DNA of 64,000 nt, taken from contig NC_092678.1 in assembly GCF_964355755.1 (NCBI RefSeq), positions 12,336,352 through 12,400,351 on the forward strand. The letters run 5' to 3'. The notes below the pieces were generated by a model. It made no database searches and was not told the origin of the DNA. It saw only the letters and a list, made by a program, of their open reading frames with translations. Position 1 is the first letter of the stretch, and every line of letters starts with the position of its first letter. A program made the position numbers and the translations under genes. This DNA is from Antedon mediterranea. Its lineage: Eukaryota; Animalia; Echinodermata. Positions 25,401 to 36,859 of this stretch are shown here, piece by piece.

Positions 25401-28400
25401 TTTTAATTTTTAACACATTCTACCTCAACCAATTATGTTACTTATAAGTTGCCAATATTTTCTTTTGGATAACGTTATCATGTCTTAAAATTTAAATAAC
25501 GGTGGTTACGTAATTTTACCTACAACGTATATTTGAATACCTTACAGCTCTTCTGAATTAAAGTTGACCTCGATGTTTATAATTTAGTATGATAGCTGGT
25601 GAAATGTAGATATGAATTCATACAAAAATTAAGCCTATCAGATGTTGTGACGTTATCATATGGCCAGTTGAAGTTAAAAAGTAGTTTTTTCATCTCTTTC
25701 GTAAAAGTTATACAATTTTTAAAGAGCGCGCACAGCCCTTCTACGTGCCAAATTTTCTTCCAATTGTTATATTTTATTGCTAAATTCATTATTTTTCAAT
25801 ATTGTTGTCCACAAGTTTTTTTTGATAATGTCATCAGTGCCAAAAACTTAGAACATGATGTGTGTCCGTAATTTCACCTATGCTACACTGTATATAGATA
25901 TACACAGTACAGTATATACTGTACATATTGTATTATGGCATATAATAGGCACAACTCAGCACTATAAGCGTATAATAGGATGGCATACATCAACATTTTC
26001 CGATTGTATGTTAACATACGTGCATGTTTCAAAAATATGAATGTCAATAAAATGATAAAAATGATCACCTATAATTCGTCAAAGTGACGAATTAAATTCT
26101 AGTTATTATTATTTTTTTTTCTTTTTATTGTTTCTGTACACTATTTTGTGTAACAATTATCTCAAAAAGTTTAATGTCAATGATTACCAAAATTTCAGAA
26201 TATCTTTCAAATAATATAACTTAATCCTAATCAGCTTTCCAGCGTGATCCTTCATCCGTGACGTCATTTATACGCCATTTTGTGAAATCACATTATCAAT
26301 CATATCTCCATAATTCATTATGACATATTAATGAAATTCACTACAGGTAAACTTCAGGTCAAGGGTAACAATATTAGCAAATAAAAAGTTGCGCGTTTCA
26401 AGGTCATGCACGTGAAATCGCGCGTTAAAAATTTAAAACGCGCAAAATTAGGTTTTGATCAATTTAGAGCATGAATTAGGCCATTTGCGCGTTTCAAAAA
26501 ATTACTGCGCAAAAATGCGTTTTTGTGCGCACGATTCTTAAAATGCGTAAAAAATAAAATTTGATGTATAAATCACATTCTACTCACAATCCTTAGTACA
26601 TTCACCAATTTTGAGTCCATTCCGACTTAAAATAACGCTATACAAGCACGTTAAAAATGACAAAATGCGCACACTAATTGTACAAAAGTGCTAAAAATGG
26701 TAAAAAATAAGGACTTTTAAAAATGAATATAACTCTTCAGAATGGCAGATGACCCCCAATTTTTTTAACTTATTATGGAAGCCAATAAGTTGTAGATACA
26801 AATGTATATACACATTAGACATACAAAATGGTATGACGTCATCAAATGGCCACTTGAAATTAAAAATTAGGAATTTTTTTCTTTTTGTGTGGGTTATCAC
26901 ATTCAATAGAGCGCATCTCCGTTATTTGAGCCCAATTTTCGCACAACTTTTAGTATGTGCTTGCTCAATTAATTATTCTTGTAATGAGTTGTCAACATTT
27001 TTATTTTGATGAAGTCATCACGCATAAAAACTTGAATAACCTAGGTCGTGTAATTTCAGCTACACCATACATTTGAATATCTTATAGCTCTTCAGAATTA
27101 AAGGTGACCTTAAAGATTATAAGTTATTATGAAAGCTGATGAAATGTTAGATATGAATTCATATTAAAATTAAGCCTATCAGATGTTGTGATGTTATCAT
27201 ATGGCCAGTTGAAGTTAAAAAGTAGTTTTTTAATTTCTTTAGTCAAGGTTATACAAATTTCAAAGACCGCGCATTGCGCTTCTACGTGTCAAATTTTCTT
27301 CCAATCCTTATATTTATTTGCTCAATTCATTATCTTTCGAAATTGTCATCTTCGAGTTTATTTTGAAAATTCCATCATACCAAAAAATTAGAACACGATA
27401 TGAGTCCCGTAATTTCACCTATGCTACACTGTATATAGATATACAGTATATACTGTACATATTGTATGACACATAGGTAGAACTTAGCACTATAGTGTAT
27501 ATGCAATCATGTCATAGGATGGCGTACATCAACTTTTAACGATCGTATGTTAACGTACATGCATGTTTAAAAAATGTTAATTTTATTAAAATGATAAAAA
27601 TGATCACCTATAATTCGTCAAAGTGACGAATTAAATTCTAGTTAATATTTATATCTTTATACATATTATTATATCATGCAAGCAGTTAAAAGCTACCGTA
27701 CTGAGTTTAATAATTATTTTGTAATATTTCATCAGCCATTTAATTTAAAAGTCTATTTTTGGTGAAAGTCATGCCAAGTTTGTTCTTTAGTGCTTTTTTA
27801 ACTTTCATTCTTTATTTCAAAGAGTTCGCCAAGTCATCGACAGATGTATGTAAAAGAGATTCCACGATACCGCCAACTTGTTACTAAGTTCTATAGTGAC
27901 ATCAAGCATACCCCAACTTGTGATCGCATGAACGTTATCGATGAAGTAAATTCTCTTATACAGGTATGTACAAAGACTATCAATATTGCTATTTCTCAAA
28001 GAAATTAATAGGCATAGGTTGAGGCATATGTCAATATACAAACATTGAAAGAAATATGGTAAAATAATATACTAATACTAATGCTTTTTATTCTCAGCCA
28101 TTTAGCACATTGTTTAAGAAGTCGAGTGTGTTAGTGAATCTTCATTCATTTACAGATAAATATTTAAGAGAGGTAAATATAAATAAATTATATACAGATA
28201 TTTTGATAGTGTACCAGAAGAAAAAGATTTACTGATCTATACACGTCGGCTTTACTATACTGTACTAAACAGTTGAACTAATAGTGAACAATTAGAGTAC
28301 TTCAATCAACACTTTTTCATGTATTAAAATTAAAAGAAGGCTTTCCATTATTTTTATTATCCAATTTACATACCAAATAAAATTAATTATTACATGTATC

Positions 28401-28710
28401 TTAGTAAAACAATGTGCATTTCCCGTGCAAACATCATTCTGCCTCTAACATTTATCATTTGAGTAAACGTTGTTAATATTTTAATATTTTAATTAAATAT
28501 CAGGTTAAAGACGCATTCCTTAAAGGTACAAATAGAAATGAAAGTACTGTTGAAGTTTTTACAACAAAAGTAAGTAAGTCGTCGTCGTCGTCGAAAGAAC
28601 AAGCAGCGTATGTCAACTCAGGAATCCAGCAAAGTCGTCGACACAATCAGAAAAGAAGAGAGGACACAGGTGTGATCATACTTTCTGATGATACAAACGC
28701 TGGTTGCTAA
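1937..28710 (+). CDS. PLXN: Plexin (divergent), 36 coding exons, ~1890 codons, one internal TAA at 17131-17133
   Basis: GT-AG exons in consistent phase: 1937-2989, 3250(or 3280)-3468, 3726-3854, 5396-5508, 5811-5928, 6226-6382, 6942-7038, 8833-8947, 9259-9393, 10133-10234, 13336-13423, 13929-14095, 14256-14428, 14786-14885, 15144-15280, 15479-15643, 15949-16036, 16266-16538, 17092-17250, 17669-17867, 18329-18507, 18806-18924, 19184-19249, 19477-19551, 19760-19829, 20187-20333, 20568-20718, 20825-20913, 21154-21256, 22733-22782, 23087-23182, 23454-23620, 23988-24135, 27823-27963, 28098-28172, 28504-28710. The summed length is a multiple of 3. Domain order is Sema, PSI x3, IPT, TM, GAP/RBD. Confidence 0.93.
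4038..4838. mobile_element. hAT-type MITE (801 bp)
   Basis: ~32-bp TIR cagagccatatatataaagagttacgacattg and its perfect reverse complement; 8-bp TSD gtagagca at 4030-4037 and 4839-4846; no ORF. Confidence 0.88.
5396..17250 (+). CDS. PLXN: Plexin exons 4-19: PSI and IPT/TIG domains
   Basis: PSI motifs CSRFITCDECI..DPYCGWC, CSECVSNFTCDWC, DCSRC..CVWC. IPT motifs PIISELSPRFGIKAGGTTLTF and PTVTDFQPNKGIQAGGQNIIVTGTNF. Confidence 0.9.
7223..7828. repeat. 47-bp minisatellite, ~13 near-identical copies, in plexin intron 7
   Basis: Unit caggttgcaatgtacataatttgttataatctcactgtcatctttac repeated head-to-tail without spacers. Confidence 0.97.
10242..11537 (+). mobile_element. Non-autonomous Helitron, copy 1
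   Basis: 5' TC (tctatatataaatttacgtaagggc); 3' hairpin ctagatggtacgc-gagcgaagcga-gcgtgccatCTAG; preceded by A; no TSD. Confidence 0.85.
11538..12792 (+). mobile_element. Non-autonomous Helitron, copy 2 (head-to-tail with copy 1)
   Basis: Starts tctataataaatttacgttagggc immediately after the copy 1 CTAG. Colinear but diverged; ends ggttCTAG followed by T. Confidence 0.85.
17669..28710 (+). CDS. PLXN: Plexin exons 20-36: transmembrane helix and cytoplasmic GAP-like domain with RBD insert
   Basis: TM segment VIIIIITVVVIVAITITIILVYWRR. Cytoplasmic motifs GAVDAV..YSLDE, VKVNSCDTLFQVKQK, EWR..ILQD, LPLFVKYLFDFLD, WKNNSL, FW..ILRNP, SPS..YVKEIPRY..FYSDI. Stop TAA at 28708-28710. Confidence 0.92.
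21473..21544 (-). tRNA. tRNA-derived sequence, identical copy in repeat unit 1
   Basis: Reverse complement of 22235-22306. Confidence 0.55.
21840..21911 (-). tRNA. tRNA-derived sequence, identical copy in repeat unit 2
   Basis: Reverse complement of 22235-22306. Confidence 0.55.
22235..22306 (+). tRNA. tRNA-derived sequence (tRNA-Pro-like D/anticodon arms, TGT in anticodon position); probable pseudo-tRNA or SINE-type Pol III promoter
   Basis: GGCTCTG TGGTCTAGTGGT ATGATA CTCGC-CCTGTAA-GCGAG AGGTT GCAGG-TTCGAAT-CCAGC CAGAAAC A, then TTTTT. A and B boxes are intact. There are 2 acceptor-stem mismatches, 1 T-stem mismatch and C at position 33. Confidence 0.6.
24452..27641 (+). mobile_element. 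Two Helentron-associated (HINE/DINE-like) non-autonomous elements, ~1.6 kb each
   Basis: The 5' head with subterminal IR aggtgatcat...atgatcacct occurs twice (55-bp period), followed by a T-rich microsatellite. Two diverged bodies each end atgatcacct-at-aattcgtca-aag-tgacgaatt-aaattctag (at 26102 and 27641). Confidence 0.8.
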
Positions 28711-29977
28711 TAGCAGTAACTACGCTTTTGTTTATATTTGCAAATACGTACGTTTGTCTGATTAACTATTTTAACTATAATTTAGTTCACTAAAGATTTA
28801 TAGCTACTTAAATAGGCCTATTATAAGTACCAGTACAGATAAAAACGTTCACTGACCATATAAGAAAATATGTATAATAAGCTTTTGACCAATACTAATT
28901 AACATTAAATTACATTTATTAAAATAAATATCAATATTTAATCAAATGGTATAAATAAATATATATTAAAATACGCAGAAATCCAGTTTCAATATGCATA
29001 ATGTAATGTAATACATTTATTTCTTTTAAATATTACCATATATTAATAATAATTATATAAGTGCTTCTAAGGTTTATAAAATGAAAGTTAGTGTATGTGT
29101 CATCCACACGCATGCGCAATTTAGGTAGACTGCAAGACACATCTTATTCTCCCACATTTATATTTACTGATGCACAAAATATTAGCCATCTCTGTAAATA
29201 TTTAAACAATAAGTATTTTGAATTTGAGTAATATCGATATTTTTTGCGTGGCTATAAATATACTAGCCTACTATCATTCATTTAATCACGTGACAACACA
29301 TTCATTGGATATATAATTTAAAGATCACGATTTAAAATGCTTGTTGTTGAATATGCCATGTAACATAATAGGTATTCACTTTGACTAAAAATTGGATAAA
29401 AAATTATTACATGAAAAAAAAATTGTAGGCCTAATTTAAAGCAAAACAAAAATTGGCTGCCAGCCAGTCGGTTTCGGTTACATTTAACCGTTTAATTCGT
29501 CTCTTTTTAGTAGAACTGTTTTGTTTGTTCGTAAGTGAATAACTTGATTAAAACTTCAAAATGGCCTATTCAAAGTCTGAGTTCATGTTTTTTGGGGTTA
29601 GGGTTAATAAACAAGATTTATTATCAATTTTGAATCATATATATTACCAAATATTTTGTTATTGACTAATATTGCTTTGCATTTATAAAATACTGTACAT
29701 CTAAATACAAATATTGCTGAAAAATACCTGCTACATATCAAAAAAAGAAAGTGCCAAATATTTTAATAATAGTTATTAGTAATAAAATATATATTTTCGT
29801 TTAACAAGGTGATACATTTCCAAAATATGTTCTAGTTTCAATATTTAAATACGCAAAATGCAAATATCATAAATACTACATTAAAATACAAAAATGAAAT
29901 TGTAAACATTGTTAAATTTTGAAAATACAACAATGGACAAATCGTAATAATTGCGACGCAATTTGAGACGCTAACTT

Positions 29978-32680
29978 TTAGCAGCAGTCTGTTTTCATTT
30001 TTACAACGTTGTTATACTTTAGGCCGCTGTCATCATCTGTTAAAGAGATATAAATTACAATTGTTATTATTACATAATACCATAACTTATTATATTATAT
30101 GGAATTATAATTATATTATTATGTTTATGAAAATGAAAGAAGTTTTTAATATTAGTATTTTTATATATTTTCTTATCATGCTAAGGATGAACATATTGCA
30201 CACAACGTCTCACACTGTACGAATCATTACAACTCGAGATGCTTTGACCAAAATTAAATATTACGCAGTACTTAAAATAATATAGTATTTTTAGTGTATT
30301 TCCACATGGATATACTGGCAACGCATTCACAAGCATTTAAAATGAGCTAGCACTTTTGATTTGTCAAATTACTTGCGTTGTGCGTAAGTCTTTGCATTGC
30401 GCACCAACCATAATAGCATTCTTAACCTGTCGTAAGCTTCATACACACTTGAACGGAACGAAGGTCTGCGTCGTTTGATTGAATAATGGAAACATTAAAC
30501 AAAGAATTGACAGGACTTTGTCCGTAAAATTAAAAAAATGTAGCTGTATACGGGAACTATGATTTTAGTGATAATTAAGGTAATAATAATAACTCACATA
30601 GCCAGTTCCCCTCATTAGATCCTGCGGTCTTGAAGTCTGGCAACTCTTTTGATGAGTCCCACTTGTCCTTACTGACAAACTGCCATGTTGCTCCATTATC
30701 TTTACTGCGCATGTAACTGCGCATATCCTTGTGAATTCCATAGATATGCCCTTTGGATTGGTCCGAACCAATAACGTTGTGGAGGTACATTGGCAGTGCT
30801 ATTGACGAAAAATGTGAATTATGTGTATTTTTAGGTTCACGGAGAATGATTTAAACGCAATTTATCAAATTCATTTCACTATTCACCATCAGAACTAAAG
30901 TTGCCGATTAAACAAAATGGATATGATTTAAGGCGCTTCTACTTTAACCCCCTCTGCTACTTGATTCGACATAGGGTAGTGGTTTGTGGCAGCTGAAAGT
31001 GTTTAAGTTTGTAGAAGTCCATGGGTCAGTGCTACCATTGGAGTAAAGATACAAAAAATAATAAATCATTAAACTCACCTTTCCATCTCCCATTTGGTGG
31101 ATCATCTTGTACATAACAGGACGGAACAAACTTCTGGGATAGACGTCCATATGAAGGATTACAAGCAAAAATGATGTAATTAGCTGGATCGTTCAATTTC
31201 TTAGTTATTACAAAACCCCGATCATAATAATCTGTCAACATAAAAGCAACACAAATAAAATGCAATGTGGGCAATGTACGAGTTATTCGTTTGTTCTTGA
31301 AATTAATCTAAATATTAATACAGCGTGCTAAAAATCGCAGTAATAACTGAGTTGCATGGTATTTAAAAAAAATAATGTTCACACAGCATTGTATAAAAGA
31401 GCATTAAAACATATTGATAACATAGTATATTAAAGCTGTTTGTATTAGTGGTGAGTGAGTATGGCATTTCTAAAGATCGCACTTGCAGACGTCTACACTA
31501 AATACCCAGACTTGGAACGTAGTGTTTTGGATGTTATCAATTATGGCCTACGTAAAAGAAGGTTTTTTCTTCAAAATATTAAAATGATTTTGTTTACTAA
31601 GCATTGTTAAGAAAGTACCTGGAACTGGACAGTTACTAGAATCTCTGACACACACAGTGTGCTTTCCGTCTTCACATTTATGGGCACCAGCTACACAACA
31701 ATCACACTGGTTAGATCCCAAGTCGTAATGGCAGACACATGTCTGAGTATTAGCCCACTTGCTGTATCTCATCACAGTTTCTTTAGCATAGTTTTGTACA
31801 CGTATCTCTGACGAATAATTATGTACTCTCTTTTATTTTGTGTTTAGAGTTCAATTTGGTTCCATTTTATTCGAATACACTATTAAGAACGTGGTGCTGG
31901 TTTGTAGACTTAAAAACTGTTTTACTAAACATTGAATTGATTAAACTAAGAATACTCAAATAAATCAATGGATAAATTATTATTTTTTATATAACATCTT
32001 GATTTGACTTTGAAACGACCAAATTTGGCGCTTTTCTAATTCGTTCAATACAGTAGCTATGTAATCTTTATACTACCTTGAGACATATAATATTCACAAA
32101 TGGCTGGTAAGATATCGGTACACTCCATAATGTCCCAGTCTCCAAGATCAGTACTGATGTCGTCTCTTGTGTCGTAGATCTCTATATAAGCCGCAGTTCC
32201 ACAGTCTTTATTCGAGCTTGTCCCGGGTCTGTTAGGTAGCCATTTTGTATATGACGCTGATGAACCGTCTGTCCACTTGAACTCAGCATCCTAGTAGTAT
32301 GAAACGTGTAATAATTTCTATATAAATTCACGTCATTCGATTAGCCATGATATATCTTCAACCTTACTTCTTTTATTACATCGTTTTGTTCATGGTATCG
32401 TTTAAAAAAAATTATTATCCTTTAAAAGTAATAAATATAAAAATATAATAATATAATATAATACTTACTCCAAAGTCTTTCAAACCAATCCAATATCTGT
32501 AAGGCGATTGTATAGAAACAAGGCCCCAAAGAAATTGTTGTTCAAAAGCATCTTTGATCGTGACTAATTGCGCATTGTCTGCTTCACAGGCGGCCTTTGC
32601 TGCATCCCAAGTTTCTAGCGTGTTGTTGAACACTCGGTAACACGTTTTCTTGTAAGGTGTATAACCAGGTCGACATAAAT
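29978..32680 (-). CDS. Intact 3' exons of a C-type lectin domain plus Cys-rich domain protein
   Basis: Exons 32680-32469, 32290-32077, 31807-31619, 31231-31079, 30798-30598, 30036-29978 splice in phase with no stops. CTLD: CRPGYTPYKKTCY..TWDAAKAAC..AQLVTI..YWIGL..FKWTDGS..YTKW..DC..WDIMEC..PAICE. Then CVCHYD..CDCC..C..C..C, then SKDNGATW (BNR/Asp-box-like); ends TDCC*. Confidence 0.82.
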
Positions 32681-33243
32681 CTTAGATTTTAAAGTTAATA
32701 GTATATTAATTCACGCAGAATGATCGGTATTTTTTCTAAAAATGGCATTATTACTATAACATAATGGGCAAATTCCAAGATTTTAGCGTCACATATTATG
32801 TATCACATGTGACGCCTTTTAGTGCGATTCGGTTTAACATTGCTAAAAGATAAACATTTTGGCATATATGGCGTGCCATAGGTATACATGAGCTGGAATC
32901 AATGTTGTTGAGCTCGTAAAAGAATACATAAAATAAACAGACGACTAAGGGCTATGTTAAGACATTTGTGTCATGTATTCGTGATACTAGAAAAGATGTA
33001 GATACAGTACGAAAAATGTGTACTGTATAATTACATTGATTGTAAACGAACAAACAGAAATCAAATGTAATGAAACTAGAAAAGAAACTATATTAAACAA
33101 TGTATGCACACATCTAGTTCCAGAATTATTTAAGCATAGACGAAATATTACCAATCTTTGGATGAATTTATAGCCAATAACAAACCTTTACGTTTACTCA
33201 TTTTAAAACGATTTTGCTATAGGTTGTGAAATGTAACGCTTAC

Positions 33244-36210
33244 CACCACATGCAACATTTGGTCTGTCCAAATACTCAAATTAAAAAAGATTGGTAGAAC
33301 CTAGAACTTTTGAGCTAACGGTTGAGTACCACAACAAATCAGCCAACCCGACAAAACGTCGAGTTCCTGGAGCACTTTTACCATTTTTGTCGATTCCTAT
33401 GCGTACACCGAAAGTTGGCTATCCGGCAATCTGAATGGTTCCAAGCTGTAAAATAAATAAAGCATTACTGAATTTTCCATCGTCCTAGTATTTTCTTTCT
33501 TTTGGAAAACTGAAAATGAAAAAAAAAACACCCACGCCAATCGTGTTGAAATAAAGTAAGTTATGTAGGCCGAAAGAACATCTGTCAAGCCTTACTTATT
33601 ATTATTATCATTCTGAGGATGCTCGAAATATTCTTTCTCATTATTCAAAACTTGAAGTAGGTTTCCCCGCATTTTTAACAAGCTTGCTTTGTGGAACCGG
33701 ACATAAATGAATGATATACGGTAACTTTCTTGCAGAATAACTTACATTAAATCGAACAGGAGTTGGACCAGGCATACTTGCGTTTACCACTGTCGGCTGC
33801 AACAGCTGATCCAATGCTAATATACTGGACGTTTTTTTACGTCATTATTGTGAAAGTTACGTCTACCGCTTTTCCTGTTGAGTTCCCCTCATGCCATATT
33901 TTAATCAATAGTATTACATCTTTACTAGAAACATAGACCAGAATACAATATTAATTTGTGATGATAAACATTAAATGATTGTATATATCTGTCAATTAAA
34001 TAATGTACATCAACCAAAATTAATGTTTAGAGACCATCGGTATTTTACATTCAGCAGCAATATTTATAACAGACGTTACCATATCAGCTACAGTATCATC
34101 GTATTGATGGAGATTAGTAAATGTTCCGATGATTGTGAATTTGAAATTATTTAGAATCAATAGGTTTTCCATATTTTCAACCTTGGCTAAAAATCCAGTT
34201 TCTACATTTTGGTCTAGTCTACTTTTATTATATTAAAATTAACAGTTTTATCGAAGAAAGACGCATACCGTTTTACTCACCCTTTATAAACTGAATTAGT
34301 TTCATATAAAATCTTAAATGACATCTTCGGTTCTAGGACTTTGTTAATCAATGTATGGACAGGTACTTCTCCTACCCAGATGTGAGTACATTCATTCATT
34401 CAATTCATTCAACTTTATTTCGTCCACATACGAAAATATTTTTGAGTGCTTTTTCACCATATAGTACAAAAATATATAAAACGTTTCATATAAAAATAAT
34501 TAATTACAATATTTAAAAACACTATATATTATTTAACAATGTACTAAGTGTGAACATAAAACTACTTTTGACTATATATATAGAATAAAATAAAAAAACT
34601 GCAATACATCAAACATTACAAATTATGCAATATCATTTAACAGTCTAATGGAATACGGAACAAAAGAATTAAAATATCGCATTACACTACTATTGCACGA
34701 TCTCAGCACATTTAGTCTTTTTGATCTCATTTTAACATAATATTTATTTAAAGGGTGGTTTGAGTCGTCGCATATTTTTATAGCCTCATTTCTTATGATT
34801 TTGTTGCAAAGGTCATCCAAATTATGTCTAGATCATGTGATCCGATCCTACCTACTTTATTTAATATTCGTTGTAATCTGTTTTTTTCTTCTGTTCTACA
34901 TCCACAGAACCAGGCAACACAACAGAAAGTGAGCACACTCTCAACTATCGAAGAGTAAAAGAAATTTATTACAGTTCTATCTACCTCATAATTTCTCAGT
35001 TTTCTGAGAAAGAACAGTCGTGTATTTCCTTTTTTTATAGTATTTTTACAGTGTTTCTCCAAGCTAAATTTGTTATCAACAGTCACACCTAGGTATTTGT
35101 AGCTTTCAACAGATTCAATTTCCTGATTATTAATGTTTAGGGGAGCCAGAGGAGTACATTTTTTTCGGAAGTCAATTATTACTTCTTTGGTTTTCTTTTC
35201 GTTTAGTAAGAGGCAATTTGCCTTACACCAATTTGAAAAAGCAACGATTTCATCATGATATTCAGTTTCGATAGCTCTGTTTTTTAATAGGCCAACAATG
35301 GCGGTGTCATCCGCGTATTTTAAATAATGTATGCTACTTGAAGTTGACTTACAGTCATTGGTATATAAAATAAATAAGAGGGGGCTAACACACATCCTAG
35401 GGGTTATCCTATATTCGTGTTGATCCCACTCGATTTATAGGCCTAGTTACCAAGAGATACCTTCTGTGTTCGATTATATAAGAAACTTTCAATCCATTTA
35501 ATTATGGATGGGTTAACCTCAGACTAACTCAATCAACTTATCTATTAAAATGGCAGGATTAAGGGTATTAAATGCTGAGGAGAAGTCAGCAAAGGTTACT
35601 CTCGCATAACAACTTAAGTTATTTGTATGCTGGTTTAACAGTTGGGTAAGAGTTAGGATCGCATCATCGACAGATCTGCATGATTGTTATGCAAACTGAT
35701 ATGGATCAATTAAATGGGATAAGGGAGTAATAATTAAGTTACACATACATTTTTAAAACATTTCATCACCGTCGAGGTTAAGGCTATTGGGCGCCAATCT
35801 GCATTCCTATTCCTAACCAGTGCTCAACAGAACCATTGACTACTTTGTCTGTATCGTTTAGAACAACTTACAACGTTATTGGAAGCATCTTGGTCGGTCA
35901 CCTCGATAAATCCGTCAATCCGCGTCTTTAAGAATACCATAGACATCATCGGTGGAAATGTGCTGCGTCTGAAGAGCATAATAACAGAACTCTGTCGAGT
36001 ATGTACAGCATAAAGAGTCACTAACAAATGAAACCGACACTTTGTTAATGCTCCTCTGGTTACTTGTCTTGTTTGTGTTGAATGGCAGCGTGACTTCAAT
36101 TATGGGATCGACGGTTCCTTTTGGAAACTCAACAACAATGTTTATATGCACCGTTTGACCAACGTTAACATAGACGTTACCATCTTCAGACTGCTCGGTA
36201 ATGTTCATCA
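33244..36210 (-). pseudogene. Degenerate upstream exons of the same lectin-domain gene
   Basis: Exon 33445-33244 keeps its splice sites and the phase matching the CTLD exon, but has TAG (33421-33419) and TAA (33283-33281). The exon VYVNVGQTVHINIVVEFPKGT...HWLGIGM / IWVGEVPV..YKG|gtgagt is frameshifted and split by a LINE. Further stop-containing fragments lie at ~33600-34220. Confidence 0.62.
34394..35801 (-). mobile_element. 5'-truncated non-LTR retrotransposon, RT remnant (Rex1/Babar-like)
   Basis: WRPIALTSTVMKCF, SPLLFILYTNDC, KYADDTAIVG, KTKEVIIDFRK, YKYLGVTVD, RLFFLRKLR..FYSSIVESVLTF. Has a (TGAA)n 3' tail, a probable TSD cattc at 34389-34393 and 35802-35806, and frameshifts/stops. Confidence 0.88.
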
Positions 36211-36233
36211 AGAAAGGCGGAAACAAATGACAA

Positions 36234-36641
36234 TGACGTTGACGTTGACGTTGACGTTGACGTTGGTGTTTGACGTTTGACAAGAACAAGAAGAAGAAGA
36301 ACAAGAAGAACAAGAAGAACAAGAAGAACAAGAACAGCAAGAAGAACAAGAACAGCAAGAAGAACAAGAACAGCAAGAAGAACAGCAGAGCAGCAAGAAG
36401 AGCAGCAAGAAGAGCAGTAAGAAGAGCAGCAAGAAGAGCAGTAAGAAGAGCAGCAAGAAGAGCAGTAAGAAGAGCAGCAAGAAGAGCAGCAAGAAGAGCA
36501 GCAAGAAGAGCAGCAAGAAGAGCAGTAAGAAGAGCAGCAAGAAGAGCAGTAAGAAGAGCAGCAAGAAGAGCAGTAAGAAGAGCAGTAAGAAGAGCAGCAA
36601 GAAGATCAGCAAGAAGATCAGCAAGAAGAGCAGCAAGAAGA

Positions 36642-36698
<57 letters not shown>

Positions 36699-36724
36699 GC
36701 AACAATAACCATAACAATAATAAT
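36234..36724. repeat. Compound microsatellite: (GACGTT)n, AAGAAC-type 9/21-mers, 12-mer AGAAGAGCAGYA, (CAG)n, (CAA)n, (TAA)n
   Basis: Directly visible; it explains the poly-L, LLAA and RRAA ORFs in three frames. Confidence 0.95.
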
Positions 36725-36859
36725 ACGAATATGTAATGGGCCAATTCCAGCAGTACGGTAAGTGATCAAAGGCGCAGTGTATGAGAGAGCTCAATTTGAA
36801 AGAAAAGAGTTTACAAGGCAGATTAAAAGACGAATGTGAATGAATGTGAATGTGTCATA

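Noticed and set aside
35915-36769. Poly-Leu, LLAA and protamine-like RRAA proteins
   Set aside because: They arise from a compound microsatellite open in multiple frames; only the part below ~36210 looks like real (pseudo)exon.
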